From Leucoraja ocellata (taxonomy: Eukaryota), in NCBI GenBank assembly GCA_036785375.1, contig JAWMAR010000384.1, positions 186,001 through 250,000 of the forward strand: a stretch of DNA of 64,000 nt. Direction: 5' to 3'. This document shows positions 1 through 13,045 of this stretch, piece by piece. The notes beneath the pieces were generated by a model. That model did no database searches. It was not told the origin of the DNA and saw only the letters and a list, made by a program, of their open reading frames with translations. Made by a program: the position numbers and the translations under genes. Each line of letters starts with the position of its first letter. Position 1 is the first letter of the stretch.

Positions 1-520
1 AACGTTTGTTGGAGTATTTGGAGACAAAGTATTTTTTTGAATTCTTTGAAAGTAGAGGCATTTGCGCTCATTCGCGGATGCATTTGTTTGCTGGGCCCGG
101 TGTTAATGCCTAGAATTTAAAGCTTATATCCCTCTCCACAACTGCTCCACTAAAACAAACTGGCCTGGGGTCCCCGGACTTCCTCTTTTTGAAGTCAGCG
201 ACCAGTTCCGTCTTGTTGCTTTGGAGCGAAAGGTTGTTGTTCTGACACCACTCAACCAAGTGTTCCGTCTCTCTTCTCTATGTTGACGCAGCACCATCAG
301 TGATTCATCCAAACAGAATGGTGTTGGGGGTGGATCAATAGATGACATTGGAGCTGTGCTTCATTCCATGTGTGTACAGGAAGTAGAACAGGGTGTAAAG
401 CCGCAGCCTTGAAATGCACTGTGTTGTTGGTCAATGGGGAGGAGATGATGTTCCCCATCCGCACTCGGTCACTTGAAGCTAAGTCACCAAACAGTAAAAT
501 GGTGACTAAACTGATTGTAA
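1..520 (-). mobile_element. Degenerate Rex1/Babar-like LINE RT fragment (paralogs ~13900-14500, ~28720-29320)
   Basis: Minus-strand remnants resemble the RT C-terminal region of the intact element at 40364-41251; many frameshifts. Confidence 0.6.
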
Positions 521-1522
521 CCACTGATCTGCAGTCCCAGCCACCCCTGGTAACATATCACTACCCCACCTTGTTTATTATGAATATTTCTACCTTTGGA
601 AAAAAATAAAGACTGCTTCTACCACATTTTCAGAAACGTAATTGATGAGGCTTTCTCCATTCTGAGAGATGTGTTTTGTTTCTTCACTTTTTGAAGTAGG
701 CATTTATTTTTGTTTAACCGGTGACGTTTAGTTTTAGATTACCCCAGCCGAATTGTCCTCACCCTTCACATGCTGTTAAGACCCCGCATAATCACCTGTG
801 CTTCAATTAAAGCTCCTCTCATGCTTCAAACTGTCGAGCACTCGCTCGTTGCAGATATGGGTCTATTAGTAACCATTTTCTGAATTGCTTCAAAGGCATT
901 TACATTTCAATACTCTGCTCGATTCTGCGATGAAGAATAACTGAAACACTAAGACCCTTTCTCTTTTGTATTCGGTTTTTCTGGCGTTAGATGCTAACAC
1001 TGTTACCTTTCCTAGGCAGTTGTTGTACCTCTTTCTAGCCTGTGGCGAATCCTCACCAACAATTCGAAATAATTCTGCATCTCAAAACACTGAAAATTGT
1101 CAAAATGTAAATATGAAGGGCCTCGACCGGAAACGTTAACCATACCTTCTCTCCAGAGATGCTGCCTGTCGCTCTGTTACCCCAACTTTTTGTGTCTATA
1201 TTGTAAAGAACATTCTTTTGTATCAATTACCCGGCCAAAATTGACATTTCACATGTTCCCACATCCCGCATTTACCAGGCCTTTGCCCATTCACTGCAAC
1301 TATCCACATCCACGGTGGACTTGTTTTGTTCTTCATGTCATTAACAAATTCAACAGCCAACATTTTTTTTTTAGCATTTTTGGAAATTGTGGTTCCAGCG
1401 TTGATCTATGAGGCACATCAGTTTTTGCATCTTTCCAACCCGAATTTTGCCTATTTATGCGTGTTCTATGTTTCAAACTAATCGCCCAATGTTCTTTTCT
1501 TAACCATAAATACCAAGACTCG

Positions 1523-2614
1523 TAGAAAATAGGTGCAAGAGTAGGCTATTCGGCCCTTCGAGCAGCACCGCCATTCAACATGATCATGGCTGATCATCCA
1601 AAATCGGTATCCCGATCCTGCTTTCTCCCCATATCCCTTGGTTCCATCAGCCTTAAAAGCTATATCTAACTCTCTGTTGAATACAACCAGTGATTTGGCC
1701 TCCATTGCCTTCTGTGGCAGAGAATTCCACAGATTCACAACTCTCTGCGTAACAAAAGTGTTTCCGCATCTCTGTCCTAAATGGCCTACCATTTTTTAAA
1801 ACTAGGACGCCTGGTTCTGGATTCCCCATCATCGGGAACATTTTACATGCATCTAGTGTATCCAATCCCTTAAGAATGTTACATGTTTCTATAAGAACCC
1901 CTCTCATCCAAAATGCCAGTGCATATAAGCCCACTCGATCATATGTCAGTTCCACCATCCCGGGAATTAATCTGGTGAACCGACGTTGCACTCCCTCAAT
2001 AGCAAGAATGTCCTTCCTCAAATTTAGAGAACAAAACTGCACATAATACTCCAGGTGTGGTCTCACTAGGGCCCTGTACCACTGCCGTCGGACCACCTTG
2101 TTCCTATACTCAAATCCTCTCGCAATGAAGGACAACGTGCCATTCGATTTTCTTCACTGCCGACTGCACCTGCAAGCTTTCTTTCCGTGACTGGTGTTCA
2201 AGGACACACAGTTCTCGTTTCACCCCCCCTTTCCCAAATTTGACACCATTCAGATAATAATCTGCCTTCCTGTTTTTGCCACCAAAGTGGATAACCTCAC
2301 ATTTATCCACGTTATACTGCATCTGCCATGCATCTGCCCATTTACACATCCTATCCAAGTCACCCTGCTGCCTCATAGCATCCTCCATGCAGCTCACACT
2401 GTCACCCAGCTTTGTGTGATCAGCAAACTTGGAGATGTTGCATTTAATTCCTTCATCTTAATCGTTAATATATATAGTTAATAACTGAGGTCCCAACACT
2501 GAGCCTTGCGGCACTAGTCACTGCCTGCCATTCTGAAAAGGACCCGTTAATTCCTACTCTTTGCTTCCTGTCTGCCATATAGTTCACCATCCATGTCAAT
2601 ACCCTACCTCCAAT
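1523..2614 (-). mobile_element. CR1 LINE 3' fragment
   Basis: Peptides KFADHTKL, WQMQYNVDKCEVIHFG, LVRPHLEY, QRVVNLWNSLP and a CR1 3' tail; frameshifted. Confidence 0.9.
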
Positions 2615-2749
2615 ATTGCCACATTATTTACCAGATCAACCTTAGATTCCTCACCTTATCAAATAGCTGCTCGAAATTATATCTGCCTGGCATGGTACTT
2701 CTTCAAAGCCTTTCGGTAAATTGGTGGAACGTCCTTCATAAATTCATAA

Positions 2750-3570
2750 ATTGCAGGACCAGAATTAGGCCTTTCAGCTCTAATTCTACCCGGCCATTCT
2801 ATCACGCTTGATTTATCTCCACCTCTCAGCCCCTCTCAGCCCCATTCTCCTGACTTATCCCCATAACCCTTAACACTCTTACTAATCACCAACCAATCAA
2901 TCTGCACCTTAAAAATATCCATTGAGTTGGCTTCCACAGCGTTCTGAAGCAATGGATTCCACAGATTCACCACCCTCTGACTAAAGGAATTCCTCCTCAT
3001 CACCTTTTGTAAATGTACGTCCTTTTATTCTGAGGCTATAACCTTTGGTCCTTGACTCCCCCGCTCGTCGAAACATCCACTCCACATCCACTCTATCCAG
3101 GAGGGGAGGGGGCGCTCTCCCAAAGTCTACTATCAATTCCACCGTCTTAAGAACATTAAGCTCCAGATTGTTACGAAGGCACCAGGACGCCAGCTGTGTT
3201 ACTTCCTGTCTGTAGGCAGATTCCTCCTCAACCTGGATCAGTCCAATCAGGGTTGTGTCGCCCCTGGGATCCATGGGATCATCCTCGTAAACCTCCTCTG
3301 GACCCTCTCCAACGCCAGCTCACCCTTCCTCAGATTGGAGCCCGACACCGTTCACAACACTCCAAATGCGGTCTGACCAGTGCCTGATAAAGGTTCAGCA
3401 ATACATCCCTGGTTTTGTATTCTGTTTTTGTGTTCTGGCCCTCTCGAAAGAAATGCTAGCATTGCATTCGCCTTCCCGACTACAGACTTGTAAATTAACT
3501 TTTGGGGAATCCTGCACCAGCACTCCCAAACCCCTTTGCACCTTACGTTTCTGAATGCTCCCTTTCTCAA
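2750..3570 (-). mobile_element. CR1 3' fragment interrupted by a Rex1-like RT fragment (~3099-3265); paralogs ~16733-17553 and ~31520-32345
   Basis: The chimeric ORF 2981-3274 joins LASWCLRNNLELNVLKTVELIVDF (Rex1-like) to CR1-like LDRVDVE..GESRT. Confidence 0.75.
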
Positions 3571-4998
3571 CAATATTTTGACTTTTGCGAGATGACCTTA
3601 TTGATTATTTTGTCAATACCCTTTATATCGTTTTAGTAACAGCTTGCAATATTTCTGTCTCTCCTCCTTTCTGAATGTAAATGATCACCAAGGAACGTCC
3701 ATGGTAGTTTTGAAATAAAAACTCAAAGCAATGAATTCAGCGCTGCATTGGGATGAATTAAGATTCTAGAATGAAATACAATACATCTTAACACCCTGTC
3801 AGCCCGTGGCTCTATCAACTTCCTAATGATTGCAACGTTTGTGAGTTTGTTCCTTGCTTCCACTTCCATGTCTGCAGCCGTTTCTGGGATGTTGTCCGTG
3901 TTCTGTAGCAGTGCAGACCGAAGACATTTTTCAGTTTACATTTTCTGTCATCTCCATATTCCCCTTTACTTTTACCCCAGATCCCCTACTTCACTGTCCA
4001 GTCTGTAGGTTGTAATAAAAATGACAGCATTTCTTACTATCATGCATTAACACTTCTAGCTGACGTCCACCAATACTTTAATATACTCATTGAACGCTTC
4101 GACATATTATTTTACAATTCGCTGTTCAATTTTCTGATTTCCATTCAACTTTGCTCATAGAAATGTTTTGTGCTCTTAGTTTAATGCTGTCTTTAACATG
4201 TTTAGATAATCGTGGATGTTTTATTTCTTGTGGCACGTGTGTAGTTTCTGTCTTTTGAATGGTTACGTTGAAAGCTTCCGTCTACATCTGGAATTTCCGA
4301 TATTTTAATTGAATTTGCTGGTGGATTTCAAGTTCAAGTTCACATTTAGTGTCACATACACGCACCAATTATGGTACCGTGATATTTGTGTTACCGTGCA
4401 GCCCATTCAAGTAAAAATAACACAACACATTCAGCTGGCTCCGTTCCATGGCATGCATTTACCCCTATACAGCATTCCCTCACCCTCACATTTCTACTTT
4501 AATTAATGATGTATTGTTCTTCCCATGCCCTTCAATTCGACCATCTGAAGGGTCGTTCTCTCGCATTGCGATGAAGACATATTAACAGACTCTCCTGTGC
4601 CGTTTAATTTCACCATTAAAGTGGACACTTTAAATCCAATGAAGGGGCTAGTGGTGGAATGGTGCCTTGCGATATTACACGACTGCGAATTATTTGTAGG
4701 AAAAGGACAAAGGTGTTATTTTATAATTATTTGGGAGCTTAAGGTGATTAGTGCAAAGTCTGTACAGTGCCACCATTCAACACAGCTGACACCGTTTACT
4801 CAGTAAATAAGAGCCTGCTCTCACACAACAGTTCCCGTCTGAGTCTCAGAGCTTCTCTCCCCCTCCCCCCGCCGCCGTTGAGTTCACCGTTGTCTGCTAT
4901 TCTCCTCCCACTTAAAACAACATGAATATTTCTTTCTCCCAAAGGGCTGGAGCTGCAGAAATATCATTTTACCCCGATCCAATAATTCAGTGAATCGG

Positions 4999-5057
4999 TG
5001 TCACGTGGATAAAGATTTGCATGAATAATTAATAATTAGTGACTGAAGACTTTAAAA
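4999..5057 (+). promoter_or_regulatory. Ig light-chain promoter, cluster 1 (E-box CACGTG 5002-5007, octamer ATTTGCAT 5015-5022, TATA-like TTTAAAA ~5051)
   Basis: Canonical light-chain-orientation octamer ~100 bp upstream of the leader ATG. The same E-box/octamer module precedes all four clusters. Confidence 0.85.
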
Positions 5058-5121
5058 GAGAAACTTGGAAAGGGCTCAAAACCGCGCTTGTGCAGCAAAA
5101 TATTCCCTTATAACCTTCAAC

Positions 5122-5167
5122 ATGGCTGAATGGGTTTGGGTTCTCGCCTTGGTGACCTGTTTCCACT
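5122..5167 (+). CDS. IgL: Ig light chain cluster 1, leader exon (MAEWVWVLALVTCFH)
   Basis: Hydrophobic signal peptide followed by a phase-1 GTGAGT donor at 5168; splices in frame to the acceptor at 5263. Confidence 0.9.
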
Positions 5168-5263
5168 GTGAGTAGAGCGCAGAATAATTAATGCTGTATC
5201 GTTTTACATTCTGCTGTGTTTTTTTTCTAATGGTTCTGTATATTTATCTGTTATTTCTATCAG

Positions 5264-5602
5264 CTATAAACGCGGAGACTACCTTGACTCAGAGCCCGTC
5301 TATATCACAATCGCCGGGAACAACCGTGAAAATCACCTGTACACTGTCAGGGGGCAGCATCAGTAGCTTCTACACGAGCTGGTACTGGCAGAAGCCGGAC
5401 AGCAGCCCTGTCTTGGTGTGGTATCAAACCACCAGAGGCACCGGAATTCCAGACCGATTCACGGGATCCGTGGTCTCATCCACGAACCAAATGCATTTAA
5501 CCATCACCAACGTGCAATCGGAGGACGCGGCCGATTATTACTGTGCTGTGTGGGATGGCAGTACATACACCTTTGGGAGAGGAACCAAACTGAATCTAAG
5601 CA
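5264..5602 (+). CDS. IgL: Ig light chain cluster 1, germline-joined VJ exon (type I / sigma-cart-like), CDR3 AVWDGSTYT
   Basis: Polypyrimidine-CAG acceptor; V-set hallmarks (Cys, SWYWQK, DAADYYC) continuous with FGRGTKLNL; GTAAGT donor at 5603; no RSS between V and J. Confidence 0.95.
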
Positions 5603-7984
5603 GTAAGTAAAGTATTCACGGTGTGAAACAACGAATGGTTGAACTTGGGTTTTGCTTTCCATCACAAATCCTCGGTAGAAATATCCTATTAGACCTAAGT
5701 AGAACACAACGGGCCAGCCAGCATCTCCGGTAGACGTATAGATGGGCAATGTTTCGTGTCGGAACCTTTGCGAGAATTTCCCGAACGGAAATATCATCTT
5801 TCTTTGTGGACCAGAGATGCTGTCTGATCCGCTGGATTACTTCAGCACTTTGTGTTGTACTCAAGATGCCAACATTCGCGGTTCCTTGTTTCTCCTACGT
5901 GAAGTTGTGTTTTTTTAATAATCCTTTACCTCCATCCCTACAATACTCCGGGAAATCTGCGCTCATCTATCCGTGGCTTCTTGATCATCGTGGAATTTAA
6001 TGCCTTCGCAGACTGGCAGCTGTGCTTCAAAGTTGTTAAATTCTGGAATGACCTGAAAGTCTATTTCCCACTTTCTTCCCTGATGTTCACGAAACCTGCT
6101 CCTTTAACAGGAATACTGATTCTCTGATTTGAAGTATCCTCAAGTGGCGGGTTCCATGTGAGACTGCTGCTATTGGTCACTTTGCTTCAATATAAGCGGA
6201 ATGCAAACCAAAACTGTTGCCGTTACTTGAACAAATGTTTGGGAAATTATGAGATAACTTACAGTATATTGTGGACACGGATAATACCAACTCTGATAGT
6301 GGACCAAATAGAATCATTGGAAGCATCCAAAGGAAAGTTAATAAACATTTGGCAAGGGATGTCGGTGAATTTAAATGGGATATTTTTGGAATTGCAAATA
6401 CCCATTAGGGCAAATTGCGCGAAGTTGATTTCTGATCGTTTTAATGATACCATGAGGGTGAAGTGGCGTTTAGACAGGTTTACACGCGCTCCCTACAACA
6501 GCGCTAAAACTAATTGTCAGGGAAAAGGTTAAAAACAATATTTAAACGATTCGCACGGCAGCATTTCAATTCCCTTTGCGCGAAAGCGTGGAGGATTGTT
6601 GCAAGTCTGATTCAGCTCCGAAATGAGAAACAAGAGCAGAACCGGATTCTGGTTCATTTCTCGTTCAGCGAGCCATTGCCACCTTAGCTGATCACATTTG
6701 TGTGGATATGCCGTCAGACTCTTTGTACCCTTGACTCTTGTAGATCCTGCAAGGGATTTTGATGCTGGTTCTCCGATTGCCATCGAGAGTATGATATAGC
6801 AGAAAACGCAGACTGCTCATTATGCTGTTAAACATGATCCCTCTGAGTGTTGATTTTTTTTACGGGCAGGCAGTTGGTAGACCGACATGTCAAAAAAGCT
6901 TCAAAGAGCGAGACATCATTTTGCCATTTTCGGATAAATTAATGCAGAAATGGGCACACGTGTATACGAGGTTATTGCTGAATTGCCTTGAATCGTACGA
7001 TTGGAAGGAAATAGTACAGCGTCTTTAAATTCAGCATTAGCTTGAAATGTTTTTTAAAGTCCGAATATGTTGGATGTTAAACCCAGAGCTGTCTGGACAT
7101 GTGTCAGAAGGAATTTGAATCTGACCAAAACATTTCTTTAGTTTTACCTTTCATTTTTCTGCCCGCCACCATTATTGAATCATGAACTTTCTGGACGATG
7201 TGGAAGATTCACTAATAAGTAACATTCTAAAGACTGTTCCGGGATAGAATTGGGATTACTATTTAAACAAGCATTAATTTGGAAATGCTGCTCATTCTGC
7301 CAGGATTAGTTGTATTTACATTTTTTCTGCCCGTTTCCATGATCTGTAGAAAATCGTATGTTATATGTTTTATCAAACCTCGGATATACCCCCATAAAAA
7401 TTAACTTATCATGATTCTGCTGTATAAAATGAGGTTTATAAATGAACGGTACTTGTAAAGCCAGTGCAGTACACGGCCATAGAGCCACGGAGTTATGCAG
7501 CGGTGGAACAGTCCTTCAGTCCAGCTATTTCATGCCGACCGGGTTGCCCTACTTGAGCTGGTCCCATTTGCGCGTGTCAGGCCCATATCTCTTTGAACAT
7601 TTCTTATCCAAGTATTAATTCAAATGTTTATTTAAATGGTGTTATTGTACCTGCCTCATCAACTTCTTTGGGGAACTCATTCCATGGAGTCAACGCGTTA
7701 TGTGAACAAATGTTGCCCTGAACCTAAACCCACTAATTCTTCATTCTCCTACTACGGGGAAAAGACTCCCTGTGCTAACCCTATGTATTCCCCTCGCGAT
7801 TTTGTAACCGCCATGCGATCACCCTAAGGTCTTCTACACTCCAAGGACTAACGTCCTCGCATATCCAATCTATCCAACGAGTCGGCATATATCTTGCCTG
7901 GAGTCATTCCAGCTGAATCGATTCTGACTTTTAAATCAACTGATAAATAATTCATTTGTATTTATTTCAATTCTTTATTTCCAG

Positions 7985-8307
7985 GTCCGCGCTCCCCCAC
8001 CGTTTCCATTCTGGCGCCATCAATGGGTGAAGTCACCGCAAAAAGTACCGCCACCCTGGTGTGTTTGGTGAGCGGGTTCAACCCGGGCGTTGTGGACATT
8101 AAGTGGACCGTGGACGGCAGTGCGAGCAGTGACGGCGCTGCGACCAGCCGGGTCCAGCAGGAGAAGGACAACTCGTTCAGTGCGAGCAGTTACCTGACTC
8201 TGCCAGCCGCCTACTGGAACTCACACGATCTTTACTCCTGTGTGGTTAAACACGAAACCCAGGCAACCCCGATTAAGGCAGACATCGCCAGATCCAGTTG
8301 CCTCTAA
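7985..8307 (+). CDS. IgL: Ig light chain cluster 1, constant exon
   Basis: ttatttccAG acceptor, phase matches the VJ exon. C1-set motifs (ATLVCLV, FNPG, W, SSYLTL, YSCVVKH) and penultimate Cys (SSCL). Spliced CDS 708 nt = 235 aa. Confidence 0.95.
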
Positions 8308-8486
8308 TTCAAAGGATCAAATTCCCGATTTGCTCCATTTCTTTGTAAATTAATCCAATATTCAGATATGGAATGTTCGCTTTAACAGGGTATTTGTTCA
8401 AACGCAGCACGTGTGCATTTTGTTGCCGTGAATGCGCTGTTGGTATTTTACGATGAACTGAAAAACGATAATGTAACATTTAATGC

Positions 8487-8492
8487 AATAAA
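8487..8492 (+). terminator. Polyadenylation signal AATAAA, cluster 1
   Basis: AATAAA 180 nt after the stop, conserved in clusters 2 and 3. Confidence 0.6.
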
Positions 8493-10673
8493 ACAGATTA
8501 ATCTACTTACAATGCATCGTTGTCATTTTCTGTGCAAATGTCCTTGCCTTCAATAGAATAAAAACAATAATGTCCGATGATGCCAGTGTGTAGAAACTGG
8601 CGTTTTGTGAAACGTTGTTATATTTCAAATAAAGTGCGTGTTCATGATTGATCGTAGATCCATGTGTTAGGACAGTTGAAGGGACCGCTTGAACATACCC
8701 CCCTCACCCCCCCCCCCCCCCCCCCCCCCAGATAGAAGATATTAGGTGCAAACCAGTGTCTCCTATTTTGGATATCCCAAAAATACGGAAGCGCAGTCTT
8801 GGCATTACGCTAATATGCTTGAAGTACCCAAATGTGTCCAATCGTTCCGCACTAAATATCACAATATATCAGTGTTTATACCAGGAAAAACGCGATGACA
8901 AGTGTGGTTTGACGGATTAGTTAACCGCGGCATTACCGTGGTCTTTAATCAGCTCAACATTAATCACCAGAAGTGGTCATATATTTAAACAGTATAACGA
9001 GAGGAATAAATTTCAGGCTCGTAGGGGTGAGCCCAGTTGGCAGAGGAATGCGGGGGCTGGTGGGCAGGAGAACTCATCTCTGTACCGTAAAATAAAGTTG
9101 TCTGGCTGCTCACAATAACACAAGATGTAGCTTCGAGTAAATGTTCATCCAGCATGAAGTGGCGCTGCATTCGACGATGTTCTGTGGTCCCTGCAGTTAT
9201 CTTGCTCTTAGATGCTGAATCAATCCAAAAATATTGACATAATCTGCAGCACCTTTGGTATATTTACAGTTCTTGTCATTTATGGGGAGGCAAATGTAAA
9301 CTGCTTGATGTGAAAATGCTGGTATTGCCCAAGATGCAATTCGGTGCATTAAAACAATATATCAGGAGCCTACAGCTAGGATTAAGGTAAATGGAAACAT
9401 ATCAAAACGGATCCAGTTAGAGAGGGGCACAAGGCAAGGATGCTGTCTTTCTCTTACTCTCTTCGTTTTGTATATTGAACCCTTAGCACAAGCAATAAGG
9501 CAGAGAGAAGACCTGCAGGGGGTCAAAATGGGGGGAAAGAACATATAATTGGTCTTTTCGCTGATGATATCATTATTTTTCTTGAACGGCCAGATATATG
9601 TCTCCCAAATGTAATGAACCTATTTGAAACAAATGGATACTACTCAGGGTATAAACTGAATATAACAAAAACACAAATTATTTCATTCAATTATTCTCCA
9701 TCCCAACAAATCAGAGATGCATATAATCTGGAATGGAATTCTAAAACGATGCAGTATCTTGGTGTAACTATAACCAAAACACTTTCCAACTCGTTTGAAA
9801 CTAATTATAACAAAATTGAAGAAAACATCAAAAATGATGTTGAAAGGTGGTCGACCCTTCCTCTAGACTTCAGTGCCAGAATACAAACGGTAAAAATGAA
9901 TATCCTACCTAAACTACTATATTTATTCCAATCTCTCCCAATTAATGTCCCCCGAGATAAATCCATAGCCTGGGATAAAATGATCTCTAGATTCATTTGA
10001 AATAGCAAAAAAACAAGAATAAAACTAACAACACTTCAACTGCCGAAAAGCAAGGGTGGAATGGCTTTACCAAATCTGAGGAAATACATTTATGTAGCTC
10101 AACTCAGACCTCTGTTGGTGTAGACCTGATTATGAATCTCGATGGAAAGAAATTGAAAGGTAGATACAGGGTTACCAGATCCAGATTTTGGTGGGAGACT
10201 AATATCTGAGAGGGGCTTTGAGACACGCTATGGACCACATAGTAGCATTTACGTTAGAAATATGTAATGTTATAGTGGAAAAATACAAATTAAAAAGAGG
10301 GGTTCACGCATTGAAGTGGTTCGCATATGACTCAAAGTTTAACCAGGGGTGTATGATTCAAAATTCAAAGAATGGGCACAAAAAGGCATAATGGCAATGT
10401 ATACAGTTTCAGAAAATGGCGAGTTTATGAGCTTCCAAGATTTAAAGTCAAAGTCTGGTCTCGAAAACAATGATTTTTTTAGATACTTGCAATTAAGAGA
10501 CTACTTTACAAAAGAGGTAAGGCCAGAACTAGATGAAACTTCAAATAATGTGATCAAGGTGATTGTGGATGCATACAAACAGAAGGGGTCTCGGGTCAAC
10601 TCTGCTTTCTACCAAGCTCTGATGGGAAGCGGGGGAGAATCAACGCTCTACATAAAAACAAATTAGGAAGCAG

Positions 10674-10804
10674 NNNNNNNNNNNNNNNNNNNNNNNNNNN
10701 NNNNNNNNNNNNNNNNNNNNNNNNNNNNNNNNNNNNNNNNNNNNNNNNNNNNNNNNNNNNNNNNNNNNNNNNNNNNNNNNNNNNNNNNNNNNNNNNNNNN
10801 NNNN
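10674..10804. other. Assembly gap (N run)
   Basis: Run of N; the paralogous position in copy 2 is an (AAT)n(AAG)n microsatellite. Confidence 0.95.
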
Positions 10805-11255
10805 TTATATAGCACATTTATAGTCACTTTTCATTGACCCCAAAGTGCTTTACATAATTTAAAAATCAGTTCCATACAAAGCATAAAGATGGGTTAACAA
10901 AATAATAAAATGCATAAACAGGACACAACATGTAACATAACCATCCACCACAGCATTCATCACTGTGGTGGAAGGCACAAAAAATTTTGGCCGTCCTCCT
11001 CCATTTCCCCCCCCGTGGACAAGACCAGAGTCCAGAGTCCAGTCCAGGATCGGTCTTTCCTCACCGGAGACCGCGGCTTCAAGATTGTGTAGGCCGCAGG
11101 CCGGCGGTTGAGATTTAAAGTCCCCGCCGCAGCCAGAAGCACCGTAGACTGCAGGGCCGGCAGTTGAAGCTCCCCTCCAGGGGTGATGGTAAGTCCATGC
11201 CGGGCCCGCGGTAGAAGTTATCCGCGGGCCGGCAATGGCGGCTTCTTCTTCACCC
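10674..11255 (-). mobile_element. GC-rich non-autonomous retroelement with an L2-type 3' tail, nested in L1 (tail end falls in the N gap)
   Basis: Minus strand ends tgtaaagcactttg...aaatgtgctatataa; it interrupts L1 ORF2; complete paralog at 25098-25645. Confidence 0.7.
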
Positions 11256-12636
11256 ATAAGAAGAATGGTATCAAATGTGTGAAACACAATGTCCTTCCAC
11301 AAGCACACTAGTATGGAAAGAGTTTTTCTGGAAGAATCTATCTCGCTTTTTTTATAAGCAGCAAACTCGCTGTCCAACAACACTGTTGGAGGCTGTGTCG
11401 GAATACGGAGGCAGACCACTCGCATATTTTCTGGAACTGTGTAAAGATAAGGCCATACTGGGAAATTATTAATGCAGCTGTAAAAAATATCTTGGGTTAT
11501 AAAATTCCAAATACCTGCCATGTGATGTATCTGGGGCGTATTAAAGATATTGTAAAAATAAAAGATACATATTTGATTAAAGTTTTGCTTGCAGCAAGTA
11601 AGAAGGCCATTACCAGGCAGTGGCTTAATGAAAAAGTCCAAAACAGGAACAGTGGTTAGAAATTGTGCGAGACATCTTTAATATGGAGAAATTGACATAT
11701 TCCTTGAGAGTCAAGGAAAATTCATTTGAGAAGATCTGGGAATAATGGACCATTTATTTGAGCCATGACACCAATTAGATAAATGCCGAGCTAGATATGG
11801 GAATATCGCGTTATATAGAACTAGATGGTATGTTTGTATGATTATTGAATTATCTCCAGATAACTAATCAATGTAATGTTTTTGCTTTTTTTAAGTTGGT
11901 AAAGTGAACCACACGGTCTTATTCCATTTTTTTTTTTATTTACTTCTTTTATTTCCCCTATCTACTTATTTTTTTATTTTGATTGTTGTTTTTCTTACTT
12001 TGTTTTATTTATGGTGATGGTGTTGCACGGTTTTGTATATATCTCTTAAAAAACAAAGAAAATAAGTTGACCATTTGACCGCGTGGGCAGAAGATACTGA
12101 TGCAGTCTCCGATTATAACGGTAGATGGCGCTGCCGTACCTTACATCTGTGATGAAGCTCAACACGGCCAATTCTGAAATGGGTCAAACGCAATATTGTG
12201 TCTGAGGTCACGTACAGGCCAGACCAGCAATAATTGGATTATTTTCCCCTTGAAGGATATATTTGGGATCCAGTTGTTTTGTAATAATCAATCATACAAA
12301 CTGATGTTTCTTTTTAAATATTCCAGAAACTTAACATAATTTAGATTCCACACCTTCCCTGGTGAAATATGTCTGGATATGTGGTCAAGGCCTTTGCGTG
12401 ATGTGATTTCGGTTTGAAACCATTGCTTATCTTCACTTCCTTCACCTTTGCAGGGAGCGAATAGGAGGAATCTTTCACTGCATAAAAATATTCTTCTTTC
12501 ACAGTTTTCCGATTCAGCCACGGTTTAACCAAAGCTTGAGAGGTAACCTCTCCGCTTACTCGATACTTCGTTCTTTGAAACCTCACATATATCACAGGTT
12601 TTTGCTCACTACTCTGTCATATGCTGAGATAATAGA

Positions 12637-13045
12637 GCAGCTGGGCTTGTTCACTCTGAAGGATGAGAGGATATCTCATTGAAACATATACGATTGTTAA
12701 AGGGTTGGACACGCGAGAGGCAAAAAACATGTTCCCGATGTTGGAGGAGTCCAGAACCAGGGACCACAGTTTAAGAATAAGGACTAAGCCATTTAGAACG
12801 GAGACGAGGAAACACTTTTTCTCACAGAGAGTCGTGAGTGTGGAATTCTCTGCCTCAGAGGGCAGTGGAGGCAGGTTCTCTGGATGCTTTCAAGTGAGAG
12901 CTAGATAGGGCTTTTAAAAATAGCGGAGTCAGGGGATATGAGGAGAAGGCGGGAATGGGGTACTGATTGGGGATGATCAGCCATTGAATGGCGGTGCTGG
13001 CGCGAAGGGCCGAATGGCCTCCTCCTGCATCTATTATCTGTAGTC
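12637..13045 (+). mobile_element. CR1 3' end fragment (paralog ~27616-28025)
   Basis: MRGYLIETY...ESRTRDHSLRI...FFSQRVV plus CR1 tail gaagggccgaatggcct. Confidence 0.85.

Larger units (their letters stand above)
9350..12065 (+). mobile_element. 5'-truncated, degenerate L1-clade LINE (ORF2 RT, C-terminal region and 3' UTR)
   Basis: Peptides [52 protein letters not shown]...HIFWNC; stops and frameshifts present. Confidence 0.9.

Noticed and set aside
5191-5263. N-terminal hydrophobic extensions of the V ORFs in the ORF track (MLYRF.../MVLYIYLLFLS, also 19215 and 33986)
   Set aside because: This is read-through of the T-rich L-V intron. The real leader is the upstream exon with a canonical donor, and cluster 4 lacks the extension.
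5539-5545. Embedded heptamer TACTGTG at the YYC codons
   Set aside because: Common by-product of Tyr-Cys-Ala coding; there is no upstream RSS-bearing V in the window to support V replacement.
5617-5655. CACGGTG just downstream of J followed by GGGTTTTGC
   Set aside because: The nonamer-like motif is in the wrong orientation relative to the heptamer, so this is not an RSS; it is absent in cluster 4.
6158-7827. Short ORFs recurring in the J-C introns of clusters 1-3
   Set aside because: Recurrence reflects the recent duplication; stops differ between copies and there are no protein motifs.
10859-11641. 260-aa minus-strand ORF (and 25240-25761)
   Set aside because: It spans antisense L1 plus a nested repeat, has no recognisable domain, and its length is not preserved between copies.
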